This document shows positions 19,625 to 29,857 of a DNA stretch of 64,000 nt, one piece after another. Location of the stretch: the sequence record ON529855.1; one strand, 5' to 3'. Under the pieces are notes generated by a model that saw only the letters and a program-made list of their open reading frames with translations, searched no databases and had not been told where the DNA came from. Each line of letters opens with the position of its first letter. The stretch's first letter is position 1. Made by a program: the position numbers and the translations under genes.

Positions 19625-19996
19625 TCAGGCGGTCAGCAGGAAGACGTCGACGCCGTCCGAGACCACGAGACGGCGTGCGCCGGCCGGGAGAGCGACCGAC
19701 GCGCCCGTCGGCGAGCATTGCAGGGTCAGCGCCCCCGTTCCCTCGTTGGAGGCGGCGAAAAAGCGGGGCGTCGCCGGAAGGGTGACGACGAGCGGGACGG
19801 CGTGACCGCTGAAGCGCAGATGGAAGGCGCGCGTGAACTCCGCCTTGGTGAGGGTCTTGGCAACCGTCGTCAGGGCGATGACGCGCTGCGCGTTGGCGGC
19901 CTGCTCCAACACCGCCACCGCCGTGTTGATCGTCGTCTCTTTTTGGTTCTGGTTGGGGCTGACCTGGATGATGTCCAGGATCGGGGAGTTCGCCAT
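19625..19996 (-). CDS. stand-alone paralogue of the tail fibre N-terminal (DUF2793-like) domain
   Basis: SPILDIIQVSPNQNQKETTINTAVAVLEQA vs TPILHLPQVAANQEQKEATINTAIAILEAA. Confidence 0.8.
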   Translation of the reverse strand: MANSPILDIIQVSPNQNQKETTINTAVAVLEQAANAQRVIALTTVAKTLTKAEFTRAFHLRFSGHAVPLVVTLPATPRFFAASNEGTGALTLQCSPTGASVALPAGARRLVVSDGVDVFLLTA

Positions 19997-20077
19997 CTAT
20001 CGTCCATGCCGAATCCGGCCGTCGTGACTGGACAGCGCGGGGCGCCGGTCGATCCCGGCGCGATTACAGAAGGGGTC

Positions 20078-23000
20078 TTAAAAGTCCTGCCAGGGCTCGA
20101 TCGAACGAACACCGGGGAAACCACGGCCAACCGCAGTAGACAGTTGATAGATCAGAACGTGGATCGAGTCAAGATTTACGTCAAAGGGCGCCGTAAATCC
20201 TGACACATCGACGGTCAGTTCGGGACGGTCCGTTTCGACCCGGTAGAGGACCTGGGCCTCGGCCGGGACTTCGTCGCTGCGCGACAGATCACCCGTGAAC
20301 CCTGCCTTGAGGATGAAGACCTCATAACGCTCACGCCCTTCATTGAGCGGCACCGATCCCGTCAGGTCTTGCATGTTGCCGCCCATGCGGGTCCGACGTT
20401 TCCACGTCAGGGTCACCGTCGTGTCAAGCACAGTCCGTCGAATGTCCTTGGGCGCATAGGGCATCAGGTCGCGCGGCTCGTAGCGCGTGATGGTGGAGGG
20501 CGACAACTCAGGCTTGACCCCGTCGCCGACGGCCCGGTGCCAGCGGGTCTTGGCCCTTTGGTCGAGCAGTTCAGCGCCCGGTTCGAGCGTGCTGGGGGAG
20601 AGGACGACGAACATCTCGCCCAGGGCATGCGACGCGCAGGCGTATTCGGTGCCCCGGCGTCCGCGCAGGAGGTTCCAGATGGTCCACGAGCCGTCCGCGT
20701 TCTCGACGCAATCGCGGAACTGGATCAGTTCAGCCCCGAGCGCGCACATGTTGGCCCCGGACCACAGTTCGTCATCCGTGATCGATTCCAGTTCGAACCA
20801 GTCGATCGTCGGCCACAGGGTGATCCGCGTCTCCCAGTCAAGGCCGTGCGCGCCGTGACGCGGCGGCGGGACGACGCCGGACACCTGCGCCCACTCCGTA
20901 TCCTGATCCGTCAGGTAGACCAGGTCATAGTTGACCCCGTCCTCGGAACGCCACATGCCCGCGCCGTCGAACGGGGTCTGTCCGCCATGCGCCACACCGA
21001 GGTAGTGCAAGGAGTAGGCGCCGCCCGTGTCGTCCGCGTCGCGCATCAGCGGCGTGTTCAGCACGATGGCCTTGGCGGCGCGCGGCGGGATGAAGGGTAG
21101 AGGATCGATGACGCCGGAGCCGCCGTCGGCCACGGCGTCGCTCTCATAGGCCATGGAGTCCTGGCTGAAGGTCTCCAGGGCGTAGGTCCAGTTGGCGCCG
21201 AACTCGGTCTGATGCAGGCGTTCACGGTAGCGGCGGCCGTCAGGGAAGCGCACGTCGACAATGTCCGCCGGATCGAGATCGATGTAGGCCCAGGGCAGGC
21301 TGGTCTCATGCTGGGTGCGCTCAGCCCATTGCGCCCAGAGCATGCGATTGACCTGATCCTTGGCCTCTTTGGCCGTCATGACGACGCCCATCTCCATCGA
21401 GACCTGCTGATAGGAGAACATCGCCGGGATCGGGTTGGAGATGCGGCGGGTCTGGGCGGTCGAGGTCTCGAAGTCCTGATCCCAGTTCATGTAGGACAGG
21501 TGGACGCGGCGCGGCAGATCGGCGTCCTGGAGACGGTTTTCCTTCCAGAAATCGACGCCCTCGCCGTCGCCGGTCGTCCCCAGAAGCTTGGACGTGATCC
21601 GACGCACGGGTTTTCCCGCCTGGGATTCGTTCGATCCGGCGCCGCGCATGACGCCGACCATGACGCCGTTCCGCTCGACCAGATCGAACAGATAGAGCAT
21701 GCGCAACTGGGCCAGGACGGATCGTAGGTCCGACAGGGAAGCCCAGCCGTAGCCTCGCACGGGCTGCGATTGCAAGGCCGTCAGATCGTACTGCGCCGGG
21801 GTCAGTCCTGCGCGGTTCAACAGGGTCGCCACAAGCCCCGCCAGCGTGGTGGACTCCGGCTTCACGGTGAGGCCCTTGCGAATGACCTGGATGCCCTGAG
21901 AGCCATAGGTCACGATCTGCCCATTGCCCGGATCAGCGTACTGCGAGACGCTGGAAGGGAAGGTGACGGTGTTCCCGGTCGGGCCATAGAGGGGCTGCCC
22001 CCGATAGAGCAGATTGGACGTCGACTCGTTCACGGCGGCCTGGGACATCCAGTCCGGGTCGAGCGCCGCGTAAGGATCGTGAATCTCGACGATGTAGTCG
22101 CCGGTCGCCGCGTTCATCTTGTAGAGGCGCGAGCCGGAGACCCACCAGAACTCGCCGGTGGTCAGCACGGAGGATTGCACGCCGCCCACGCCGGCGTTGA
22201 GCGCCGTCTTGCGCCAGGCCCAGCGGGACTGTTCCGGGAGGTATTTGCCGATATAGTGCCGTTGGGCGTTGCGCCAAACCAGCAGGACGCCCTTATCGGC
22301 CGGGTCATAGTGGCAGCCGAGCGTCTGGAAGTTGCTGATCGCGCCTTCATTCTCGATGGCGACGACCTCGGACTTCGCCCAGCCTCCGGCCTGGGACACG
22401 CGATACAGATGCAGGTTCGTCACCGCGCTTCCCGAGCGGTCTCCGCCTTCGAAGATGTAGAAGGTCGCGCTGGGTTCGCCCGACACGCCGACATAGAAGC
22501 TGTCGCCGTAGACGCCGCGACTTTGAGACCCGAGATCAGCCAGGCCTCCCAAACCAAACGCCGAGGTGCACAGGGCGCGCTGGTAGCCCAGCACGCTGGT
22601 ATACATGCACCACTCACGGCCTTCCCGATCCACGCTGAAAGCGCCAGCCCGGTTGCCGACGGGGAACTCGGAGGTGGAGTTGGAGGAGGTCCCGAAGCGC
22701 CCGATGGTTTCGAACGTCACCGGATCATAGAGGATGAAGGGCTCGGAATTGGAGAAGCCGCCGTCGCCCTGGGTGACCAGAGCGCCAGTGGTGGGCGATA
22801 CCCCCAGCAGGGCGGCGAGGCCCGGCGTGGCGCCGCGCCCCTCTTCCCGGCTGCTGGACGGACGCAAGGCCGCGATGCCGCCGTTCGTCAGGCCGACGGC
22901 GATCAGGTCCATGTCGCCGTTGTAGGCGACTTCGGTCGTCTGATAGCTGGTGATGCGCGAGAAGGTGACCGGCGTGGCGCGGCCGATGATCTCGCCCTCG

Positions 23001-23545
23001 CCGTCGCCCTGGGCGAACACCTCGACGCTGATCTGAGGGATCGAGTTGCCGAAGTCCTCCAGAGGCATGTCCTGGAACAGGATATAGGCCAGGCCGCGAT
23101 AGGCCGGCGTATTGCCCTCGCCCACGATCTTCTCGATGGTCGGGTCCGGCATCTGGTTCTCTCCGCCATCGTAGACCTTGAACTTGAAGGTCTTCTTGAT
23201 GGCGAGTTTTCCGGTTCCCGTGGCGTCGTAGATCAGCTTGTGGTTGGCCCAGATTTTCCGGACGTTGGTGATCGGTCCTCGGCAGATCGCCATCGCGAAC
23301 GTACCCGTGTAGAGGTAGTATTTGTAACGCTTGAGCGCGACGGTCTTCTTCTTCTTGATCTCCTTGATCTTGTCCGTCCAAATCATGTTGCCGGCCACCC
23401 GCACGATCCCGTAAGCATTCGGGATCGCCGCGCCATAGGTGGAGGCGGAGATTTTCAGGTCCTTCAGGCGGGGGCCTTCGGCCGGGAACAGGAAACCGAT
23501 CCCGATCTGGGCCACCGCCATGACGGCGAACGAAAACGGGTCCAT
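20078..23545 (-). CDS. tail-tip/host-specificity protein (GTA-type Phage-tail_3), paralogue 2
   Basis: STYGAAIP..YG..RVAGNMIW, PAYRGLAYILFQDMPLEDFGNSIPQIS, NLLRGRRGTE. Confidence 0.85.
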   Translation of the reverse strand: MDPFSFAVMAVAQIGIGFLFPAEGPRLKDLKISASTYGAAIPNAYGIVRVAGNMIWTDKIKEIKKKKTVALKRYKYYLYTGTFAMAICRGPITNVRKIWANHKLIYDATGTGKLAIKKTFKFKVYDGGENQMPDPTIEKIVGEGNTPAYRGLAYILFQDMPLEDFGNSIPQISVEVFAQGDGEGEIIGRATPVTFSRITSYQTTEVAYNGDMDLIAVGLTNGGIAALRPSSSREEGRGATPGLAALLGVSPTTGALVTQGDGGFSNSEPFILYDPVTFETIGRFGTSSNSTSEFPVGNRAGAFSVDREGREWCMYTSVLGYQRALCTSAFGLGGLADLGSQSRGVYGDSFYVGVSGEPSATFYIFEGGDRSGSAVTNLHLYRVSQAGGWAKSEVVAIENEGAISNFQTLGCHYDPADKGVLLVWRNAQRHYIGKYLPEQSRWAWRKTALNAGVGGVQSSVLTTGEFWWVSGSRLYKMNAATGDYIVEIHDPYAALDPDWMSQAAVNESTSNLLYRGQPLYGPTGNTVTFPSSVSQYADPGNGQIVTYGSQGIQVIRKGLTVKPESTTLAGLVATLLNRAGLTPAQYDLTALQSQPVRGYGWASLSDLRSVLAQLRMLYLFDLVERNGVMVGVMRGAGSNESQAGKPVRRITSKLLGTTGDGEGVDFWKENRLQDADLPRRVHLSYMNWDQDFETSTAQTRRISNPIPAMFSYQQVSMEMGVVMTAKEAKDQVNRMLWAQWAERTQHETSLPWAYIDLDPADIVDVRFPDGRRYRERLHQTEFGANWTYALETFSQDSMAYESDAVADGGSGVIDPLPFIPPRAAKAIVLNTPLMRDADDTGGAYSLHYLGVAHGGQTPFDGAGMWRSEDGVNYDLVYLTDQDTEWAQVSGVVPPPRHGAHGLDWETRITLWPTIDWFELESITDDELWSGANMCALGAELIQFRDCVENADGSWTIWNLLRGRRGTEYACASHALGEMFVVLSPSTLEPGAELLDQRAKTRWHRAVGDGVKPELSPSTITRYEPRDLMPYAPKDIRRTVLDTTVTLTWKRRTRMGGNMQDLTGSVPLNEGRERYEVFILKAGFTGDLSRSDEVPAEAQVLYRVETDRPELTVDVSGFTAPFDVNLDSIHVLIYQLSTAVGRGFPGVRSIEPWQDF
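20144..20184 (-). promoter_or_regulatory. intragenic promoter with TTGAC-N7-TTGAC motif (copy 2), upstream of tail fibre genes
   Basis: TTGACGTAAATC-TTGACT-N17-TATCAA inside the CDS, using AT-rich codons (GTA AAT CTT) atypical of this gene. Confidence 0.6.
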
Positions 23546-26500
23546 CAGAAGGCCTCGTCGGGCGCGACGGAGCGCAGCGCCGGGAAGCCCCGGCCCACGG
23601 CGTCGGAAAGCTGGTAAATCACCAGATGCAGCGTGTCGGTGTTCGGGGCGAAGCCGTCTTCAGCCTGGGCGGCGGCGTCGTAGACGAACTGCGGCGTCGC
23701 GCTCTCGAAGCGCCGGCGGTACGCTTCCGGCCCGCGCCCGCGCGAGCGGTCGCCGTCAAAGGGCGCATCCAGGATGAAGGCTTCATAGCGCTCGATGCGC
23801 TCCGCCAGCGGCACTTCTCCGGTGCCGTCCTGCATGTTGCCGCCGAAGCGGGTGCATCGGCTCCAGGACACGGTGAAGTCGCTCGACGTTTCGGCCTTGA
23901 CCCGCCGCACATCCGCAGGGGCGTAGGGCATGAGGTCTCGCGGCTCATAGGCGAGGCTCAACACGCCCTGGGTCGCCAGAGAGCCGCCGGACGCGACCGC
24001 CTTGAAGAAGCGCGCCTGGCCGCGCGCGCTGGTCTGCTCCACAGCAAAGCCGACCGTATCGGACGAGAGGAAGACGAACCGCTCCCCCGCGCCATGACGG
24101 TCGCAGCCATATTCCGTGCCGCGCCGCGCGCGCAGGAGGTTCCAGATGCTCCAGGTGCCATCTTCATTCTCGACGCAGTCCCGGAACTGGATGATCTCGT
24201 CGCCGACCAGGGCCAGATTGGCACCGGCCCACAGTTCATCATCGGTGACGGATTCGATCGCGAACCAGTCCACCGCCGGGCGGATCGTCAGTCGGCTGGT
24301 CCAGTCCAGAGCAAAGGCCCCGAACGGCGGAGGCGGCAACACATCGCCGATCACCGTCCCCCATTCCAGATCGGAGTCCGGCGACGGGATGATTTCGTAG
24401 TCCAGGTTGTTGACCGAGCGGAGCAGGGCTCCTCCCGTCCAGGCCTGCTCCATGCCGTTGCCGAGCCCGACATAGTAGATGCTGGCCGAACCGCCCTGAT
24501 CGTCCATGTCGCGCATCAGAGGCGTGTTGAACACGAACGGCAGCGCCAGTCCCGGCGGCAGGATGCCGGACGATCCGCCCGACCCCGCGCCGCCGTCCGC
24601 CTCCAGTTCATCCCAGCCGTCATAGGCGCCGGAATCCTGGGCGTAGCATTCGGTGCCCATGATGAAGTCGGCGCCGATCTCGGTGCGGTCGATGCGGTCT
24701 TCATAAAGGCGGCCGTCGTCCATCTTGACGTTGATGGTGTCGCCAGGATCAAGCATCAGATAGGCCCACGGCAGATAGGTCTGGTGACGCACGCGCTCCG
24801 CCCACTGGGCGTAGAGCATCTTGTGGACCTGAGCCTTGGCCTCTTTCGCCGCCATGACGATGTTGATCTCCATCGAGACCTGCTGGCGCGAGAACATGGT
24901 CGGGACAGGCGAGGCGATACGCACGGAATGGGCGGTCGAGGTCTCGAAGTCGCGGTCGACGTTCATGTAGGACACGGTGACGCGCGACGGCAGGTCCGCT
25001 TCCTGCATGCGGGTCTCGCTCCAGAAGTCCGAGGCTTCCGGAGAAGACGATCCAAGGGCCGCCTGAGGGATGATCTCAACCGGAACGCCCATGCCGTTGG
25101 TGTCGTCGGCGCGCATGGTCGCCACCAGCAGACCTTCCCGCTCGACCAGGTCAAACAGGAACAGACGGCGCAGTTCGTCAAGCACGCCCTTGATGTCGGT
25201 GGCCGAGGCCCAGCCATAGCCCCGGATCGGGATGGCGTAGAGCGCCGAAAGATCGGTGCGCATCAGCGGCATGCCGCCTTCTTCGAGAAGGCGGGCCACG
25301 ATGGTGCCGACGCTGACCCCGGTGGCGATATTGGTGGCCTTGACGACGCCGTCGACGCCGTCCAGGGCGATCAACAGTCCGCGCTGGGCGTCGATCGCCT
25401 GAAGCGCCGCCACACCGCCCTCGTAGGGGGCTTTGAGCGGAATGCCGGTCCCTTGGGTGCTGACGATCATGTTGACCGTGCGCCCCGCCGCCTGGCCGCC
25501 CGACATGTAGTCATGCTGAGCGTAGGATTCCGGACTGTCGGCGTAGGCCCATCCGAACTCGTAATAGTCCGCCAGCACCTGCGGGTAGCGCACCAGGTAA
25601 TCCGCCCAGTCGGGCGTGCCGGTGGCTTCTCCGGCGTCTTCACCGTCGATGGGCGTGCCCGTGGCGGTATCCAGCAGATAGACGCGCCCGCCGACGAGCC
25701 AGGCGATCTGGGATTCCAGCGTGCGGCTCTCAGGCGCGATTTCCGGCGGATAGCCGGGGATGGCGCGGGTCCAGGCGACCGCGCCCGTATCCTCGTTCCA
25801 CTTGGTCAGGTAGGCCTGGCCGGCGCGCTTCATGAAAATCAGCACGCCCGGCATGCCGGCGTCCCACAGGATGGGTCCGATCTCGGTCCCGTCGACCTCG
25901 GCGAGGTCTTCAACCCCGTCGACGGTCACCCGCGACAGGCGCAAGGTCGCGCCGTTCGGGCGGACGACATAGAAGATCGCCGACGCGGCGATGTCGGTGG
26001 GGTCGCGACCCACCACGCGAGCGCCCGCGCCGAGCGTGCCGGACCACAGCACGTCCAGGGTCGACGCGTCATGCAGGCAGGCGGAACCCGAGGCGTCCAC
26101 CGCCAGCACCCGCATGGCCCCGTTGCTGGCCGATGCGGGCGCCGCGCGGACATACTGGAGCGACGGGGCGTGCGTGGCGACCCGTTGCAGCGAGAAGGGA
26201 TCGAGCCGCCCCAGGGCGTTCGGCCCCGCCTCAGGTCCGAAAAGGGTGAACAGCGAACCGTCGACGCCGCCGCACAACAGGCGATTGAGCCGCTCTCCCT
26301 CGGGGTAGCCCAGGGTGTCCGCCGGGTAGAGGGCGCGGGCCTTGCCGTCACGAAGGCTGACGGATTTGATGGCGTCGTCATAACGCAGGTAGAAGACGGC
26401 GCGGGGGAAGTCGAAGACGGCTTCTCCGGGCGCGCGGTCGCGATCGAGGTCCGTCAGGCCATCCTGCTCGGTCAGCGGGGTCACCGTCACCGTCGTGGAC

Positions 26501-27102
26501 TGTTCCCCGACCATCACCTCGGCGGTGATCTGGGGAATGCGGTTCCCGAAGTCCTCCAGCGGCATGTCGTCGAACAGGATGTAGGCCAGGCCCCGGAAGG
26601 CCGGCGCATTACCCTCGCCCAGGTTGGTCTCGATGGCGGAATCCGGCAACTGGTCCTCATCGCCGCGATAGAAGCGCATGCGATATTTGGAGACGCCCTG
26701 ACCCGTGATGCGCTGGGTGATCGCTTCCTTGACCGAGTTGGGTTGGGTCGCCTGGGTCGGGCTGATCCCGCCCGTGGCGTCGTAGATCAGCTTGTTGTCC
26801 GCCCAGATGCGACGGATTTCCCGAACGGGACCCTGGCACAGGCCCATGGCGAAGGTGCAGTAGTAGGTATACTGGTTGTAGGCGCCGCCCTTGCCCGACT
26901 TCTTCTTCTTGTTTTCGCGGATCGGCATCGACCAGATCATGTTGCCGGGCACGCGCGTCAGGCCGAACACCCAGGGGATGGCCGCGCCATAGGTCGAGGC
27001 GCTGATCTTGAGGTCTTTCAGGCGCGGGCCTTCCGACGGGAACAGATAGCTGATCCCGACCTGGGCCACCGCCATCATCGCCATGCTGAACGGATCAGCC
27101 AT
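23545..27102 (-). CDS. tail-tip/host-specificity protein (GTA-type Phage-tail_3), paralogue 1
   Basis: Same N- and C-terminal motifs as 20078-23545 with a divergent central region. Confidence 0.85.
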   Translation of the reverse strand: MADPFSMAMMAVAQVGISYLFPSEGPRLKDLKISASTYGAAIPWVFGLTRVPGNMIWSMPIRENKKKKSGKGGAYNQYTYYCTFAMGLCQGPVREIRRIWADNKLIYDATGGISPTQATQPNSVKEAITQRITGQGVSKYRMRFYRGDEDQLPDSAIETNLGEGNAPAFRGLAYILFDDMPLEDFGNRIPQITAEVMVGEQSTTVTVTPLTEQDGLTDLDRDRAPGEAVFDFPRAVFYLRYDDAIKSVSLRDGKARALYPADTLGYPEGERLNRLLCGGVDGSLFTLFGPEAGPNALGRLDPFSLQRVATHAPSLQYVRAAPASASNGAMRVLAVDASGSACLHDASTLDVLWSGTLGAGARVVGRDPTDIAASAIFYVVRPNGATLRLSRVTVDGVEDLAEVDGTEIGPILWDAGMPGVLIFMKRAGQAYLTKWNEDTGAVAWTRAIPGYPPEIAPESRTLESQIAWLVGGRVYLLDTATGTPIDGEDAGEATGTPDWADYLVRYPQVLADYYEFGWAYADSPESYAQHDYMSGGQAAGRTVNMIVSTQGTGIPLKAPYEGGVAALQAIDAQRGLLIALDGVDGVVKATNIATGVSVGTIVARLLEEGGMPLMRTDLSALYAIPIRGYGWASATDIKGVLDELRRLFLFDLVEREGLLVATMRADDTNGMGVPVEIIPQAALGSSSPEASDFWSETRMQEADLPSRVTVSYMNVDRDFETSTAHSVRIASPVPTMFSRQQVSMEINIVMAAKEAKAQVHKMLYAQWAERVRHQTYLPWAYLMLDPGDTINVKMDDGRLYEDRIDRTEIGADFIMGTECYAQDSGAYDGWDELEADGGAGSGGSSGILPPGLALPFVFNTPLMRDMDDQGGSASIYYVGLGNGMEQAWTGGALLRSVNNLDYEIIPSPDSDLEWGTVIGDVLPPPPFGAFALDWTSRLTIRPAVDWFAIESVTDDELWAGANLALVGDEIIQFRDCVENEDGTWSIWNLLRARRGTEYGCDRHGAGERFVFLSSDTVGFAVEQTSARGQARFFKAVASGGSLATQGVLSLAYEPRDLMPYAPADVRRVKAETSSDFTVSWSRCTRFGGNMQDGTGEVPLAERIERYEAFILDAPFDGDRSRGRGPEAYRRRFESATPQFVYDAAAQAEDGFAPNTDTLHLVIYQLSDAVGRGFPALRSVAPDEAF

Positions 27103-27106
27103 TTCG

Positions 27107-27523
27107 TTAGTCCTCCACGCCGGGGAAATCGAGCACGCAGCGCAGGCGGGTCGACCAGTAACCGTCCCACTCCTCTTCGATCACGCTGCGCTTGGAGAGC
27201 GAGGCGTGCAGGAGGTAGGGACGGTCGTATTTTTCAGTGATGATGCCGATGTGGCAGGGCTGGTGCTGATCCCGCAGGATCACCGCCGTTCCGGGGGCGA
27301 TGACCTGGGGATCGCGATAGATCATGAAGCGTTTGACATGATCGACGAAGCGGCCGTCGGGATTGCGGGAATAGCCGTTGATGTCCTCGTAAGGCACGTC
27401 AAAGGCCGCACCCACGACGCAGACGAGCCCGATGCAGTCGACACCGGTCGAGGTGCGCCCGCGATGCCGCCAGGGCACGCCGAGCAAACGGCGGCCTTCG
27501 TTGATGATGTCTTGACGCAGCAT
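27107..27523 (-). CDS. NlpC/P60 family tail-associated peptidase
   Basis: GVPWRHRGRTSTGVDCIGL; HIGII; LLHAS. Confidence 0.9.
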   Translation of the reverse strand: MLRQDIINEGRRLLGVPWRHRGRTSTGVDCIGLVCVVGAAFDVPYEDINGYSRNPDGRFVDHVKRFMIYRDPQVIAPGTAVILRDQHQPCHIGIITEKYDRPYLLHASLSKRSVIEEEWDGYWSTRLRCVLDFPGVED

Positions 27524-27527
27524 GGAG

Positions 27528-29201
27528 TTACATCGCCGGGGCGTTGGGGGTCTGGTAGTATTTGTCCTGCCCAGGCACGTCCGGTTCGCCCCGGAAGTTC
27601 AGGATATTGGCGAACTTGTCCTTGCAGGAGGCGCGGGTCTTGTCGCAGCCCGGATGGATGACGAAACGATCGCCGGCGCGGGGGATGTGATAGGGGCGTT
27701 GGAACAGCGTCACCGAGGCGGCGGCGGACACCTTGATTTCCTGGGCGCGGCCGGCGTTCGGCCCCGTCTCCCAGATCATGAGGCCGCCGTCGTAATAGCC
27801 GACCGCATCGCCCAGCGCCGAGGTCACAACCGTGCGGCCGCCGTCCGAGGTGCCGATGACGGTCATCGACTTCTTGTAGGACTTGACGGCCTTCCAGGTG
27901 ACGGCGCCGTCCTGGATGGTGTCGCCCAGCAGGTTCGACCAGGCCGGTTCTTCGGCGCCGGAGGTGCCGGCAGTGATGCACTGGAAGGCGACGTCGCCAT
28001 ACTGGGAGGAAGAGCCCAGGGTGCCGTCCGGGAAGTTGACAGCGAGCGTGACCGTATCGAAGGCGGCGCCTTCCGAATAACGGCTGCGCTTGTGGGCGAA
28101 CAGGTCGACACGCAGGCGACGGGTGCCCGCCGGGATCAGGATGTCGCGCACGATCTCCTGGAACCAGCGATCTTCCGCCGTCTTCTTCAGGCCCGTGTCA
28201 TAGATCGCCGAGGCGCCGATCTGCACCCCCGCGCCGTCAAGGGCGAAGACGCGGAACCGGGCGCCGGCCTCTTTCGGGTTGATGCAGGCGTACCAGACCG
28301 TGGCGAACAGGCGGCACAGGCCCGTATCGAGTTGCACGGCGTCCCCGCCCTGGGCGATCAGGTCCACGTCCTGATACATGCCGATGTCCGCGACCGTGTG
28401 TCCGTCGCCGTCGTTGTTGGTCACGTCGGAGAGCGTCCAGCCGTCGTCCGTGCCGAAGGCGGCGTAGGAGTCCTTGCCGCCCAGGCCGAAGAACGGCGTC
28501 TGCCGCACCGTCCAGCGCCCGCGAGGGTCGCCGTAGCTGGTCCAGCCTTCGATGTCGCGCACCGTCACCGGCAGGGTTGCGGCGTCGTTGTCGAACGAGG
28601 GGTTTTGCAGCGACAGGTTCAGGTAGCCGGTCGCCACATTGATGATGCCCCGCACGACGTCTCCCCGCCGGTAGTAGCCGCCCGGTCGCCAGTCCGCCGG
28701 GCTGATCGCCACGCGGCAGCGCCGGTCGCCGAGGTCGGCGCGGCACTCCGGCGCATAGCCCTCGCCGATGCGATAGGTATAGACCTGGGTCAGCCCGCGC
28801 AGTTCGGCGATGAAGGTCGAATCTTCGTTCATCGTCACTTCGCCGAGCCAGCCGGTGCGCAGCGTCGTGGAGCCGGAGTCGGGCTCCATCCAGTTGACGA
28901 TGAAGACGCGGACTTCAGCGAAGTCGAACAGGCCGCTCGCCACGTCGGCGCGCGCAATGTGCTTGGAGTTCAAGATGCCGCGCACTTCCATCTGGTCGAC
29001 TTCAAGATCGAGGCCGGTGGTGATGGAGGTGCGGGCGAACGAGGAATAGGGCACGTATTCCGACGAGCCGATCCGCAGGACCTGGTCATGATCGGTGAAC
29101 CGGAACGACCGACCATCCTTGCGGATGATCTCCAGGCAGGTGCACAGCGTGGTGACGCCTTGGCGGATGTGGCTCTTCAGGGCGGGAGTGAGGTCTTTCA
29201 T
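27528..29201 (-). CDS. baseplate hub protein (DUF2163 / BR0599-type) with inserted beta-sandwich domain
   Basis: FRFTDHD, CRADLGDRRC, C-terminal GCDKTRASCKDKFANILNFRGEP. Confidence 0.9.
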   Translation of the reverse strand: MKDLTPALKSHIRQGVTTLCTCLEIIRKDGRSFRFTDHDQVLRIGSSEYVPYSSFARTSITTGLDLEVDQMEVRGILNSKHIARADVASGLFDFAEVRVFIVNWMEPDSGSTTLRTGWLGEVTMNEDSTFIAELRGLTQVYTYRIGEGYAPECRADLGDRRCRVAISPADWRPGGYYRRGDVVRGIINVATGYLNLSLQNPSFDNDAATLPVTVRDIEGWTSYGDPRGRWTVRQTPFFGLGGKDSYAAFGTDDGWTLSDVTNNDGDGHTVADIGMYQDVDLIAQGGDAVQLDTGLCRLFATVWYACINPKEAGARFRVFALDGAGVQIGASAIYDTGLKKTAEDRWFQEIVRDILIPAGTRRLRVDLFAHKRSRYSEGAAFDTVTLAVNFPDGTLGSSSQYGDVAFQCITAGTSGAEEPAWSNLLGDTIQDGAVTWKAVKSYKKSMTVIGTSDGGRTVVTSALGDAVGYYDGGLMIWETGPNAGRAQEIKVSAAASVTLFQRPYHIPRAGDRFVIHPGCDKTRASCKDKFANILNFRGEPDVPGQDKYYQTPNAPAM

Positions 29202-29204
29202 GGA

Positions 29205-29855
29205 TCAGCCCTGGAACAGGTCGTTCCAGTCGCGGACTTCGACCAGAGGGATCGAGGCCCAGGACTGGGTCAGCCAGAACTCGTGCGTGGCGTCGAGGTG
29301 ATCGGTGTCGAAGCGGACGGGAACATGGAACTCGGCCGCACCGATCATGATCGGCGCGGTGTTGAGCGGCGGGACGGCGAAGATGATCTTGCCGGTGTCG
29401 TGGTCGATCGTGTAGTCGACGCCCTGGACCTGCACCGCCGCGCCCATCTTGACGCCGGCCACCGTGTCCCAGGCGATTTTGTAAAGCTTGCGCTGATAGA
29501 CGTAGTTCTGCGCGGTCGCCGGGTTCTGATCGTTGTAGGTCTTGATGATCTGGAACTCGGTCTGAACGCCGTCGCCGAGCGCGATCACTTGCTGCTTCAG
29601 GCGGAAATCGTTGTAGTCCTTGAAGCGGAACCCGAAGGCGCGGCCGCGCCGGGCGTAGAAGAACGCCGTCAGTTCATCCATCTGGACCTGGCTCTTGATC
29701 CCGTGGCTGACGTCATACTCGGCGCGCGTCATCGACCAGTCGATGTTGCGCTGCTCGTAGCCGGAATCGGCCGTGAAGATCGTGGTCTTGAATTTCGGGC
29801 CGCCCGACGAGCCGTAGGAAATCTCCGTCGGGAAAAGCACCTCGTGAAAGGCCAT
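29205..29855 (-). CDS. distal tail protein (DUF2460)
   Basis: FHEVLFP..ISYGSSGGP.FKT, FFYARRGRAFGFRFKD, EFHVPVRFDTD. Confidence 0.9.
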   Translation of the reverse strand: MAFHEVLFPTEISYGSSGGPKFKTTIFTADSGYEQRNIDWSMTRAEYDVSHGIKSQVQMDELTAFFYARRGRAFGFRFKDYNDFRLKQQVIALGDGVQTEFQIIKTYNDQNPATAQNYVYQRKLYKIAWDTVAGVKMGAAVQVQGVDYTIDHDTGKIIFAVPPLNTAPIMIGAAEFHVPVRFDTDHLDATHEFWLTQSWASIPLVEVRDWNDLFQG

Positions 29856-29857
29856 GG

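Noticed and set aside
9729-27102. CRISPR array or diversity-generating retroelement in the repetitive fibre genes
   Set aside because: The repeats are in-frame protein repeats with degenerate DNA; no repeat-spacer pattern, reverse transcriptase or TR/VR pair was seen.
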